Positions 1 through 7,801 of a stretch of DNA of 42,467 nt are shown here, one piece after another. Positions within the stretch are counted from its first letter, which is position 1, and every line of letters begins with the position of its first letter. The notes beneath the pieces were generated by a model, which saw only the letters and a program-made list of their open reading frames with translations, ran no database searches and was not told the DNA's origin. This DNA comes from a virus (lineage: Duplodnaviria > Caudoviricetes), in IMG/VR virus record IMGVR_UViG_3300024251_000017, positions 1-42,467 of that record. One strand, given 5' to 3'. The translations under genes and the position numbers were made by a program.

Positions 1-2
1 GC

Positions 3-209
3 GGCAATCTCAAGCCGGTCGCAGTCGGCGATATTCACGAAACAAAAGGACCGCTAAATCTGTGCAAACCAGGAACGCTGCACGCAACCTTTCATCCGAA
101 CAAATGGAAAGGCGAGCGCTGGTGGATTGTCGCAATGCACGGAGAAATTGCGATATCAGATGACAAAATCGGCGCACTCAAGCGCGAGATTCTGGCGGAA
201 CTGACATGA
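3..209 (+). CDS. Partial (5'-truncated) hypothetical phage protein
   Basis: Open frame 3 from the window start (GNLKPVAVGDIHETKGPLNLCKPGTLHATFHPNKWKGERWWIVAMHGE...KIGALKREILAELT*). Not in the ORF track; its stop overlaps ATGA at 206. Confidence 0.7.
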   Translation, partial: GNLKPVAVGDIHETKGPLNLCKPGTLHATFHPNKWKGERWWIVAMHGEIAISDDKIGALKREILAELT

Positions 210-343
210 GCCACCCGTATTGCCTACACCTTTGGCGCTGGCAGGGCGGCGCCTTTCCAACCCCGGACGCTCTGCTGGTGGCGGCCCCAGGGCGGCATCA
301 AGGAAAACATTGCAATGCTTCGCCAGTTGGAAGCGGAAAACAA
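206..343 (+). pseudogene. Possible C-terminal remnant of a DUF7694-like phage protein, in frame with the next gene
   Basis: HPYCLHLWR...FPTPDALLV resembles the C-terminal motif of a common phage family, with the N-terminal part absent (recall-based). Confidence 0.3.
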
Positions 344-493
344 ATGACCCCGCCGCGCAGCATCTTGGACAGGCGGTTCGTGTACCGCTCGGCAGCGCAG
401 ACGGATTTGCGCGCCACATTCAGGCGCATCCGCCGCGAGCAGAAAGCCCTCGCCGAGACGCAAGCCGCAGAGGAGCAAGCGGATGACCTATAG
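344..493 (+). CDS. Small basic hypothetical protein (paralog A)
   Basis: MTPPRSILDRRFVYRSAAQTDLRATFRRIRREQKALAE; paralogous to 870..1022. Confidence 0.7.
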   Translation: MTPPRSILDRRFVYRSAAQTDLRATFRRIRREQKALAETQAAEEQADDL

Positions 494-701
494 GCAAACA
501 TTCGTTATTGAGTATGAGAAGAGCGCCGACGCACCGGGATTTGGCGAGGAAGGACTGCTGGGCGGGAAACTGTACGCGGTTCAATTTGCCGACGCACTGC
601 ATGAAATCGACCTTCTGCGCGAGCGGGCGACAGAGAAAGCACTAGAGGAAGTGGATGCGATCTTGTACGCCGAATGGAAGGAGCAAGCGAATGGCAAATA
701 G
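483..701 (+). CDS. Hypothetical protein
   Basis: 72-aa ORF with a GAGGAG RBS, overlapping both neighbours. Confidence 0.7.
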   Translation: MTYRQTFVIEYEKSADAPGFGEEGLLGGKLYAVQFADALHEIDLLRERATEKALEEVDAILYAEWKEQANGK

Positions 702-873
702 CTACAACGACCGCCAAGCCCTGCACCATATTCGCGCGCCGCACGACTACCGCCGCGACCTCGAGCACGCGCGCAAACTGCGTCAACGCGCGGAGTTCCT
801 GGACAGGCTAGCACGCGCGACGCTGATCTTGGCCGCGCTCGTCTTGGCGGCGATTTGGCTGGTAGGCAAATGA
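691..873 (+). CDS. Small protein with a C-terminal membrane anchor
   Basis: AAGGAG RBS; hydrophobic tail LILAALVLAAIWLVGK; ATGA overlap with the next gene. Confidence 0.7.
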   Translation: MANSYNDRQALHHIRAPHDYRRDLEHARKLRQRAEFLDRLARATLILAALVLAAIWLVGK

Positions 874-1022
874 CCCCGCCGCGCAGCGTCCTGGATAGGC
901 GGTTTCGGTGGACGAGTAGCGCCGCGACGGACATTCGGCGCACATTCGCGCGGTACCGCAAGCAGCAGAAAGCCCTCGCCGAGCAGAAGCGCGAGCAGGC
1001 CCCCCTAACGTTGCACAACTAA
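870..1022 (+). CDS. Small basic hypothetical protein (paralog B)
   Basis: MTPPRSVLDRRFRWTSSAATDIRRTFARYRKQQKALAEQ...; 50 aa, below the ORF-track cutoff. Confidence 0.7.
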   Translation: MTPPRSVLDRRFRWTSSAATDIRRTFARYRKQQKALAEQKREQAPLTLHN

Positions 1023-1032
1023 GGAAACCAAT

Positions 1033-1821
1033 ATGAAAATATTCGTACTGCTGTTCATACTGCTGCTTGCTGGTTGTCACCCGGTCACTACTGAGCCGGG
1101 TAGCGAAAGTGTTATTGTCGATAACCCGTGGTTCTTCGGCCACGGCGGAGTGCGCGACGAAACACAGAAGCCTGGACTGTCTTGGTATTGGTTGTCAACC
1201 GACGCCGAGCAGATTGCTCTGACTCCCGTCAAGTATGACGAGCCGTTAGATCATCTCGCAACCAATGACAACAACTTTATCAACTACGCGAGTTATATCG
1301 TTCTGCAATGGAAAGACCCGGCTGAGATGGTCAAGAAATTCGGCTACAAAGATTGGTACACGCACAATCTGAAAGAGCAGTACCGCACCATCGTCCGCGA
1401 TGTGACGAAGAAATATCAGATGACTCCGATCATGACCGATCCGCCAACACTTGCGAAGATCGAGCAGGAAATCGGCGAGCAGTTCAAAAAGCATATCGAA
1501 TCCACCGGCCTGCACGTTACGCTTATCAACGTGAATATGGGAAAGGTACTCCCTGACCTTCCGGTGATCGAGGAAATGAACAACACGGCAGCGCAACAAC
1601 AGCGCGTCAAGACTGAGCGACAGCGCAAACTAGCCGAGGACTCGCGACTACAGGCCGAGCAGAGCCGGGCGAATGCAGACAATGCCTATCGGGAACAGAT
1701 GAAACTCGATGCAGCCCAGTTCGTGCAACTTGAATCGATCAAGCGGTATTCATCTGCATGTGAACGGTCGAGCTCCTGCGTGATCGTGCAGGGCAATACT
1801 CCGGTCATGATCAGCAAATGA
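1033..1821 (+). CDS. SPFH/Band-7 (prohibitin/HflC-like) lipoprotein
   Basis: Lipobox LAGC, then an SPFH-like core (V..PG.E.V.VD.PWFFG.GGV) and a coiled-coil C-terminus; AAGGA RBS. Confidence 0.85.
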   Translation: MKIFVLLFILLLAGCHPVTTEPGSESVIVDNPWFFGHGGVRDETQKPGLSWYWLSTDAEQIALTPVKYDEPLDHLATNDNNFINYASYIVLQWKDPAEMVKKFGYKDWYTHNLKEQYRTIVRDVTKKYQMTPIMTDPPTLAKIEQEIGEQFKKHIESTGLHVTLINVNMGKVLPDLPVIEEMNNTAAQQQRVKTERQRKLAEDSRLQAEQSRANADNAYREQMKLDAAQFVQLESIKRYSSACERSSSCVIVQGNTPVMISK

Positions 1822-1870
1822 ACGCGGCTCAGACTGACGGCAAGGTCGTCGCGATTAAGGAGCGGGGGAA

Positions 1871-2053
1871 ATGAAAGATAGAAAGAAACAAATTTGGTTG
1901 CGGCAAGATCAGATTGACTTGATCGTCGCGTGCCTGCAATTTTGCCGTGCGGCTGCCTACTCAGGCAGCAGTGCGTCCACGACACTTGCGCGTCGAGAAC
2001 TGATGTCGCGCATAGATGCGGTGCGGCCGTTATTCGGCGCGAAGAAGGCTTGA
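1871..2053 (+). CDS. Hypothetical protein
   Basis: 60-aa ORF with an AAGGAG RBS. Confidence 0.55.
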   Translation: MKDRKKQIWLRQDQIDLIVACLQFCRAAAYSGSSASTTLARRELMSRIDAVRPLFGAKKA

Positions 2054-2078
2054 CAGCGGTGCGCGTAGATACTATTCT
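2050..2078 (+). promoter_or_regulatory. Sigma70-type promoter
   Basis: TTGACA-N17-TATTCT at the start of a ~320-bp intergenic region. Confidence 0.75.
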
Positions 2079-2083
2079 GGCGT

Positions 2084-2312
2084 TGCGCGGAGATAGCGCA
2101 CTCGGTTTGAGAGCCGAGCATCAGACAGTGGCCTCGGGGTCATGCGCCCCGCGCCTTGGTGTCCTGCAAGTATCCCACTGTCTGCGTGCCAGGAATCTCA
2201 CGCCAGGGTGCGGGGCCTATGGCCCTTTCTATCGAGCGGGTTTGTTTGTTGGTGCTGACAATTTGGCCAAGCGCCTAGCCAGCGACGTATCGGGAAACCG
2301 ATATACGCTAGG
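2084..2312 (+). ncRNA. Candidate structured RNA or leader upstream of the recombination genes
   Basis: Hairpins at 2084-2100 and 2101-2118; 10-bp stem CAGACAGTGG/CCACTGTCTG (2122-2131 with 2175-2184) enclosing hairpin 2135-2151; GAAA-tetraloop hairpin 2287-2304 inside CCTAGC/GCTAGG. Confidence 0.5.
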
Positions 2313-2371
2313 GCCGAAGCCTCGCTGCCGGGCACATACACCTTACAGGCTTACATCGACGGGTTGCGCTG

Positions 2372-3214
2372 ATGAAACCAGGAATACACAAAATCGGCAT
2401 GCAAGAATATTTGTCGCTCAAAGCGCTTTCCAGCGGAATGTGCAGCGAGATATTGAACAGTTCTCCGTTGCATGCGAAGTTTCGCCAAGACAATAGAATT
2501 GACGAGCCAACATCTGCCAGCGAACTCGGTACGGCATTCCACGACGCTTTCTTGGAAGGCATAGATCGCATAGTGGCCTTGGATTTCCCTGACTGGAGGA
2601 CAAAGGCGGCGAAAGAAGCCCGCGTCGAAGCAAGGGCGACCGGTCGCATTCCAATGCTCTCGCATAAAGTGTCACACGTAGCCACGATGGTGGCTGCATG
2701 CAAAGAGTACGTTGCGAATAGCGAAATAGCCGGGGCATTTGATGACGGCGATCCAGAACTGACCATTGTCTGGCTTGATAGCGATTTGCTTTGCAAAATT
2801 CGGCCGGATTTTCTAACGCGCGATCATCGCTTGATGATCCATCTCAAGAGCACGCAGGGAAGCGCGGAACCGACTTCATGGATTCGTAATCAATTGGTGC
2901 CAATGGGATACGACTGCGCGGCCGAATTTTATCGGCGTGGCCATGCCGCAGTCTCGCGCGATTCGCCGCTCCAAGTGTTCTTGGTGGCGGAGCAGAATCC
3001 TCCACACGGATGTTCTCTCGTCAGCCTCGACCCGGCGATGCTAGAAATCGCCAATCAGAAAGTTGAGCGCGCCGTCGGCATCTGGCGCGAGTGCCTGCGT
3101 ACAAACAGGTATCCGTGTTATCCGACACGCATCTGTTATGCCGAGCCGAAGCCGTGGGAAGTCGCCGAGGCAGAGCGCGAACAGTTCGACCCGATGTTAG
3201 GAGAACAAGCATGA
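2372..3214 (+). CDS. RecE/exonuclease VIII-like PD-(D/E)XK nuclease (DUF3799-like)
   Basis: LSSG..ILN.SP.HA, GTAFH, E, K.RPD, xLKST and GY..AAEFY motifs. Confidence 0.85.
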   Translation: MKPGIHKIGMQEYLSLKALSSGMCSEILNSSPLHAKFRQDNRIDEPTSASELGTAFHDAFLEGIDRIVALDFPDWRTKAAKEARVEARATGRIPMLSHKVSHVATMVAACKEYVANSEIAGAFDDGDPELTIVWLDSDLLCKIRPDFLTRDHRLMIHLKSTQGSAEPTSWIRNQLVPMGYDCAAEFYRRGHAAVSRDSPLQVFLVAEQNPPHGCSLVSLDPAMLEIANQKVERAVGIWRECLRTNRYPCYPTRICYAEPKPWEVAEAEREQFDPMLGEQA

Positions 3215-4185
3215 GTTTTTCCTTTCGTCCAGCGAAGCGCGAGAATGTATCGCTATTGATCGGACTGGCCGGCGCGAGCGGCAGCGGCAAGACTTACACG
3301 GCGATGCGTTTGGCATCTGGAATTTCTGGCGACAAGCCGTTCGCGGTGATAGATACCGAGGCCGGCCGCGCAAAGCACTATGCCGACCAGTTCCGATTCG
3401 ATCACGGGGATATGTCGCCGCCGTTCTCGCCGAGCGCCTACGCGGATGCGATCAAGGCTGCGGATGACGCGCACTATCCTGTTATCGTTGTCGATAGTTT
3501 CAGCCATGAGCATGCCGGCGTCGGCGGAATACTTGACATGCAGGAGGCGGAATTCGCTCGTATGGGCAGCAAGGAAGCGGTCAAGATGGCGTCATGGATC
3601 AAGCCGAAAGGAGAACATAGGAAGATGGTTGCTCGCCTGCTGCAAATTCGCGCGCATCTAATCCTGTGTTTCCGCGCGGAAGAAAAGATCGAGATGATCC
3701 GCGTTGATGGCAAGATGGAAGTGCGCAAAAAACAATCGGCGATCGGGCTGGATGGCTGGCAACCGATATGCGAGAAAAATCTGCCCTATGAACTGACGGC
3801 AAGTTTCCTGCTGATGGCCGCGCATCCTGGCGTCCCGTTGCCAATCAAGCTACAGGAGCAGCACCGCGCGCTGTTCCCGTTGGACAAGCCCATCACCGAA
3901 GAATCCGGTCGCAAGCTCGCGCAGTGGGCAAGCGGCGCAACGAGTTCGGCAACGCAGGCTGGACAGACTAAGCACGGGGCTTCGCCTTCGCAAGAGGGCC
4001 GATCTGTTGGGTCTGCGTCTGCCGAACCCACGCTGCTCGAAGAAATCGAGGGCTGGGTCAAGCGCAAGAAGTTCGACATGGCGCGGGACTTGGCTCGGTC
4101 GATTGGCGACGACGCCGAGCGCCTTGGCGTGCTTGAGCGTATCCAGAAAGCCGAGAAATACGTCAACAAGCGGGCGGCAGCATGA
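3211..4185 (+). CDS. AAA_24/Sak4-like recombination ATPase
   Basis: Walker A GASGSGKT, VIDTE, Walker B VIVVDS; ATGA-coupled to the exonuclease. Confidence 0.85.
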   Translation: MSFSFRPAKRENVSLLIGLAGASGSGKTYTAMRLASGISGDKPFAVIDTEAGRAKHYADQFRFDHGDMSPPFSPSAYADAIKAADDAHYPVIVVDSFSHEHAGVGGILDMQEAEFARMGSKEAVKMASWIKPKGEHRKMVARLLQIRAHLILCFRAEEKIEMIRVDGKMEVRKKQSAIGLDGWQPICEKNLPYELTASFLLMAAHPGVPLPIKLQEQHRALFPLDKPITEESGRKLAQWASGATSSATQAGQTKHGASPSQEGRSVGSASAEPTLLEEIEGWVKRKKFDMARDLARSIGDDAERLGVLERIQKAEKYVNKRAAA

Positions 4186-4260
4186 AGCCCAAAGATCAAT
4201 GAGCGGCGCCGCAGGACGTGGCGCAGAGCTCGTCTATACTTCCACGGGACAAACCGGAGG

Positions 4261-4689
4261 TTAGTATGCGCGCACTTTTATGGCGGCTTCTTGAGGAAAG
4301 AATTCAAGCTGCGATAACCGAGCGCATCGCGAGGTTCCACGATGCGCTCGTCGAGCGCGATCAGATCGAGCCGTTGCCACCTGAACATTGCACGGCGGCC
4401 GTGTGCTCTGGATCAGGTCGAGTTCTTCAGCTTTTCGCTGCAACTCGCCGCCCCGATTGACGCGAGCATGAACATGCGTCGCCCCGAGCTTGCGAGCGTC
4501 CGGCCATGTCTCGTGATCGGCGAACCGATCTTTGAAGCTTCCGGTTTGTCCAACATACAGCGATTTCCATCTGTCGCCAACAATGCTGGCGAAGATGTAA
4601 TTCCCTGGGACATCGTGCCAAGTCGTCGGAATCTGATACACCGTGTATGTGTACTTTATGCCACTCTTACCAGTCCAGATTGCGTTCAT
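4261..4689 (-). CDS. Stand-alone GIY-YIG nuclease
   Basis: GNY...LYVGQT...R...H...E..LI...PPCN; AAAGGA RBS before ATG 4689; opposite strand to its neighbours. Confidence 0.8.
   Translation of the reverse strand: MNAIWTGKSGIKYTYTVYQIPTTWHDVPGNYIFASIVGDRWKSLYVGQTGSFKDRFADHETWPDARKLGATHVHARVNRGGELQRKAEELDLIQSTRPPCNVQVATARSDRARRAHRGTSRCARLSQLEFFPQEAAIKVRAY
4266..4460 (+). CDS. Hypothetical protein, antisense-overlapping the GIY-YIG gene
   Basis: Strong GGAGGT RBS before ATG 4266. Confidence 0.45.
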   Translation: MRALLWRLLEERIQAAITERIARFHDALVERDQIEPLPPEHCTAAVCSGSGRVLQLFAATRRPD

Positions 4690-4779
4690 CTTGTTCCTTT
4701 GTGCGGTACCGCATTGACAGTCTCGTCGGGAGGGGTTGACAATGCGTAAACTACAACGCGAGTTGTAGGTTGCGAAAAG

Positions 4780-4847
4780 TGGAGCGCCGGGGAATCGAAC
4801 CCCGAGGCCGTGATCTAGGAGGTCTGGACTGTAGCCATACGCGCCCC
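4780..4847 (-). ncRNA. Minimal tRNA-Ala/tmRNA-like element (68 nt)
   Basis: Acceptor stem GGGGCGC/GCGCTCC with G3.U70 and discriminator A; T arm CGGGG-TTCGATT-CCCCG; D and anticodon arms not canonical; no encoded CCA. Confidence 0.6.
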
Positions 4848-4963
4848 ACGGTAGTAGAACCACCAAGCGCCCGATCGGTTGCCCCGCCAAGGATTGACCG
4901 ATTCGGGCGTTTCCAATTTGGCCTTCCGCGCCGGTGGGTGTTGTGGGCTAACGGAGGGAAGTA

Positions 4964-5182
4964 ATGGTTCATGAGGCACGCTGCGGTATGGTCGGACAAT
5001 TCGGCAATGCAGGTGTGCGCTGCAAGATGATCAAAGAGAAAAAGGAGGGCGAATTGGTCTGCTACTTCAACATTCGACAATTGTGGTGCGCTGTCATTTG
5101 GGACGGAGATAACTCTCCTGTCTGCATCAAAGCGAGCGCAATACTCGTTAAACCAGACGGAAGATGGGTGAAACTGCCGTGA
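4964..5182 (+). CDS. Hypothetical protein
   Basis: GGAGGG RBS; overlaps the start of the next gene. Confidence 0.5.
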   Translation: MVHEARCGMVGQFGNAGVRCKMIKEKKEGELVCYFNIRQLWCAVIWDGDNSPVCIKASAILVKPDGRWVKLP

Positions 5183-5535
5183 TGCCCCTATCCGCTGAGC
5201 AACTGTCTAAGTTGGACGCGCTGTATCGGAAGTCGACGCCGGGGCCGTGGTTGCACGACCCTGATACGCGCATCGATGGCGCAAGCCAAGTGCTACAGGC
5301 GCGCGATACGAACCTCGCCGTGTGCTTCATGGCTACCGGGCAGGACAAGGATGAACACGAAGCTACCGCCGAACTCATCGCCTTCCAGCGCAACCACGCC
5401 GAGGCTGTGCTGGCGCTGGTGCGGGCGTGCGAACGCATGATAGCCAATCCGACATGGGGGGCATTGTGCGACGAAGATATAGATGTCGAGAGAGCACTAA
5501 CCGCGCTCGACGCAGCGCAGAAGGAGCGGGGATGA
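5182..5535 (+). CDS. Ead/Ea22-like phage early protein
   Basis: STPGPW and ATAELIA..RN...L motifs typical of this family. Confidence 0.65.
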   Translation: MPLSAEQLSKLDALYRKSTPGPWLHDPDTRIDGASQVLQARDTNLAVCFMATGQDKDEHEATAELIAFQRNHAEAVLALVRACERMIANPTWGALCDEDIDVERALTALDAAQKERG

Positions 5536-6263
5536 GCGCGCCGCGCCATGTGGTGGCACTATCAGGCGGCAAGGACTCGACCTGCATGGCTTTGGCTTTG
5601 CGCGAACGCGAGCCGCGCGACTACGAATATATCGGCAACTGGACTGGCAACGAATTGCCGGAATTGTTTGATCACCTGAACACATTGGAGCATCTGCTCG
5701 GCAGGCCGATCAAGAGAGTTGCATCGGAGATGAGCCTATTCCAGTTGATTGACCATCACAAAATGATCCCGAACTTTCGGGCGCGGTTCTGCACGATCGA
5801 ACTCAAGATTGAGCCGACGATTGCTTATTTCAAAACGCTTCCGCCAGGCTCTGTTTTGTACGTTGGCATCCGCGCCGACGAGGAATCTCGCGTCGGCATC
5901 TATGGTGACGACATTCAAAGCGATTTTCCATTCCGGCGCTGGGGCTGGGGCATTGATGCCGTGCTCGGCTATCTGGATCGCGCAGCGATAACCATACCAG
6001 CCCGCACGGATTGCGCCCAATGTTTCTATCAGCGTCTGGGTGAATGGTGGAACCTCTGGAAGTTTCATAACGCGGAGTTCATGGCAGGCGCGGCCGTCGA
6101 GCAGAAGTACGGACATACGTTTCGTTCCCCGCAGAGAGATTCTTGGCCGGCGTCTCTAGCAGAACTTGCGAAAGAGTTTGAGGCCGGCCGCGTGCCCCGT
6201 GGTGCCGACATACAGATCAATCTATTTGGAGGCGCGGAAAAATGCCGCGTGTGTTCGCTATGA
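5532..6263 (+). CDS. PAPS-reductase-like (PP-loop, DndC/CysH superfamily) protein
   Basis: PP-loop SGGKDS, RFCT..LK..P, GIRADE, C-terminal CxxC motifs. Confidence 0.85.
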   Translation: MSAPRHVVALSGGKDSTCMALALREREPRDYEYIGNWTGNELPELFDHLNTLEHLLGRPIKRVASEMSLFQLIDHHKMIPNFRARFCTIELKIEPTIAYFKTLPPGSVLYVGIRADEESRVGIYGDDIQSDFPFRRWGWGIDAVLGYLDRAAITIPARTDCAQCFYQRLGEWWNLWKFHNAEFMAGAAVEQKYGHTFRSPQRDSWPASLAELAKEFEAGRVPRGADIQINLFGGAEKCRVCSL

Positions 6264-7252
6264 ACGAACATCGAAGAGGCTGCGCAGTATTCGCGGACAA
6301 GCCGTGCAACTGTAATCCGGATGACGCCATGACCGACGACCAAGCGGGCGGGCTGCCGGATGATCCGACTAGGATGTCCGTGTGCGGCATTCTCGAAGAT
6401 GCGCCTGACGGCCAATGGGTCGCATGGGAAGATTACGCTAAGTTGCGGGCGAATTATTACGCTTGTTTCAATGCTGCGTTTGATGCATTGCAGCGATTGA
6501 ATGCAACGCGATTTCTATGGAACGGGCCGATTCACCAAGCTGCCGCGTTGCTGCGCGGAGTCACAGAGCCGCAAGGTGAAGCCCTTGCGCCCGCCGCCGC
6601 GAAGGATGAGCAGCGCGAGTTTGGCCCTGAGGATAGGTGTCCACAGTGCGGCACGGTATGGACTCGCTTTATGCAACACTACGACGGGCCGCATTGCGCA
6701 GCCGCGCCCGCCTCACCCGCAGGCGAGACGCCGGAGACGGATGCATTGCGCAGGCAGCATATCGACACAATGGGGCAAACCGACGAGTACGAAGATATGG
6801 CGATTCTGGCAGAGTCGCTCGAACGCCGCCTCGCCGCCGTGAGCGCAGAGCTTGCGCACATCAAGGAAGTTGAGTTCCCGCGCCGTTTCGAGAAGGTCAA
6901 CAATATGTGGCGACAACGCGCCGAAACCGCCGAGAGCGCCCTATCCGCCGCGCAGACAGAACTCGCTTACGCAGCCTTCAAAGGGGTATTCGATACTCCC
7001 ACACATCGTATGTACCAAACCAACAAGTATGTGGTTGATGCCAGAGATAGATTGCGAGCGTTTAATGAGGTACTCACCCGCGCCGCCAGCGCGGAAGGGG
7101 AGAGCGCACCGTCAATCCGTGACGCCGCTGTGAAATCCGGATTCGACTCGCGCATATTCGATGATGCTGACGCTTACGACGGCGGCAAGGAGCGCGCACG
7201 GCTTGCCGAGTTCGCGCGGCTGGTATCGCGGCAGAGCGCGGGGCAGGAGTAA
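6260..7252 (+). CDS. Mosaic hypothetical early protein
   Basis: 330-aa ORF with an ATGA overlap, a CPQCG motif, TPETDA and coiled-coil segments. Confidence 0.7.
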   Translation: MNEHRRGCAVFADKPCNCNPDDAMTDDQAGGLPDDPTRMSVCGILEDAPDGQWVAWEDYAKLRANYYACFNAAFDALQRLNATRFLWNGPIHQAAALLRGVTEPQGEALAPAAAKDEQREFGPEDRCPQCGTVWTRFMQHYDGPHCAAAPASPAGETPETDALRRQHIDTMGQTDEYEDMAILAESLERRLAAVSAELAHIKEVEFPRRFEKVNNMWRQRAETAESALSAAQTELAYAAFKGVFDTPTHRMYQTNKYVVDARDRLRAFNEVLTRAASAEGESAPSIRDAAVKSGFDSRIFDDADAYDGGKERARLAEFARLVSRQSAGQE

Positions 7253-7798
7253 GTGATGCTTACCAAGTCATTTTGGTGCCATTGTGCCCTGCTGTTCCTG
7301 CTGGCTCAAGGATGCGCGCTCGCGGACGGCCCCTATGCCCTGCCGTGGGCGAAGGTGAAGGAACTGTGGATCACCCCGAGCCAAGCCAGGATGTACGGCC
7401 CTGGAGCAGTCCAGTCATTGATCGGTACGGATTCTCCGGCAGGCTGTCAGGAACCGGGGACATGGTGCCGTGCCGACCTAAAGCCCTTCGGAGTGCCGGA
7501 TGACGCCAAGTTTGCCTTTCTCACTGGACTCTTGATCATCACGCATGGCACCGGAGAGCAGTTAGCCGCCATCTCGCTCACGTTTCGGCAAGTTGGGGAT
7601 ACCTCTGCGGACTGCGACAAAATGATAGCCGAAGCTGTCGAGACTCGTATTGGCAGCGGGCAGAGAAGCGGTGTAGCAACTTGGGTACCGGTCACGAACG
7701 GAACCGTGGAGTATTGCTTTAACGTAGTCGGGCAATCCGGCTGGCCGGACTGGAGCGCGTTCGGACTTAATCTGTCAGTGCAGGCGTGGGGGAAGTAA
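7253..7798 (+). CDS. Secreted or periplasmic beta-rich hypothetical protein
   Basis: Signal peptide ending ALA-D; four Cys in the mature part; beta-strand pattern. Confidence 0.7.
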   Translation: MMLTKSFWCHCALLFLLAQGCALADGPYALPWAKVKELWITPSQARMYGPGAVQSLIGTDSPAGCQEPGTWCRADLKPFGVPDDAKFAFLTGLLIITHGTGEQLAAISLTFRQVGDTSADCDKMIAEAVETRIGSGQRSGVATWVPVTNGTVEYCFNVVGQSGWPDWSAFGLNLSVQAWGK

Positions 7799-7801
7799 AC
7801 A

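Noticed and set aside
344-1022. Diversity-generating retroelement template/variable repeat pair
   Set aside because: Differences between the copies are not adenine-specific and no reverse transcriptase is encoded
2369-2380. CTGATGA hammerhead-like core
   Set aside because: It coincides with the exonuclease start codon, and no matching stems with a GAAA core could be built
1930-2496. 188-aa ORF spanning the intergenic region
   Set aside because: No RBS or motif, overlaps two better genes, and crosses a clear promoter and RNA stems
4780-4847. Canonical tRNA-Arg(CCT) or attP site
   Set aside because: The putative anticodon stem has only two pairs and the D arm is non-canonical; both acceptor strands are present and no integrase is seen, so it is kept only as a tRNA-like element
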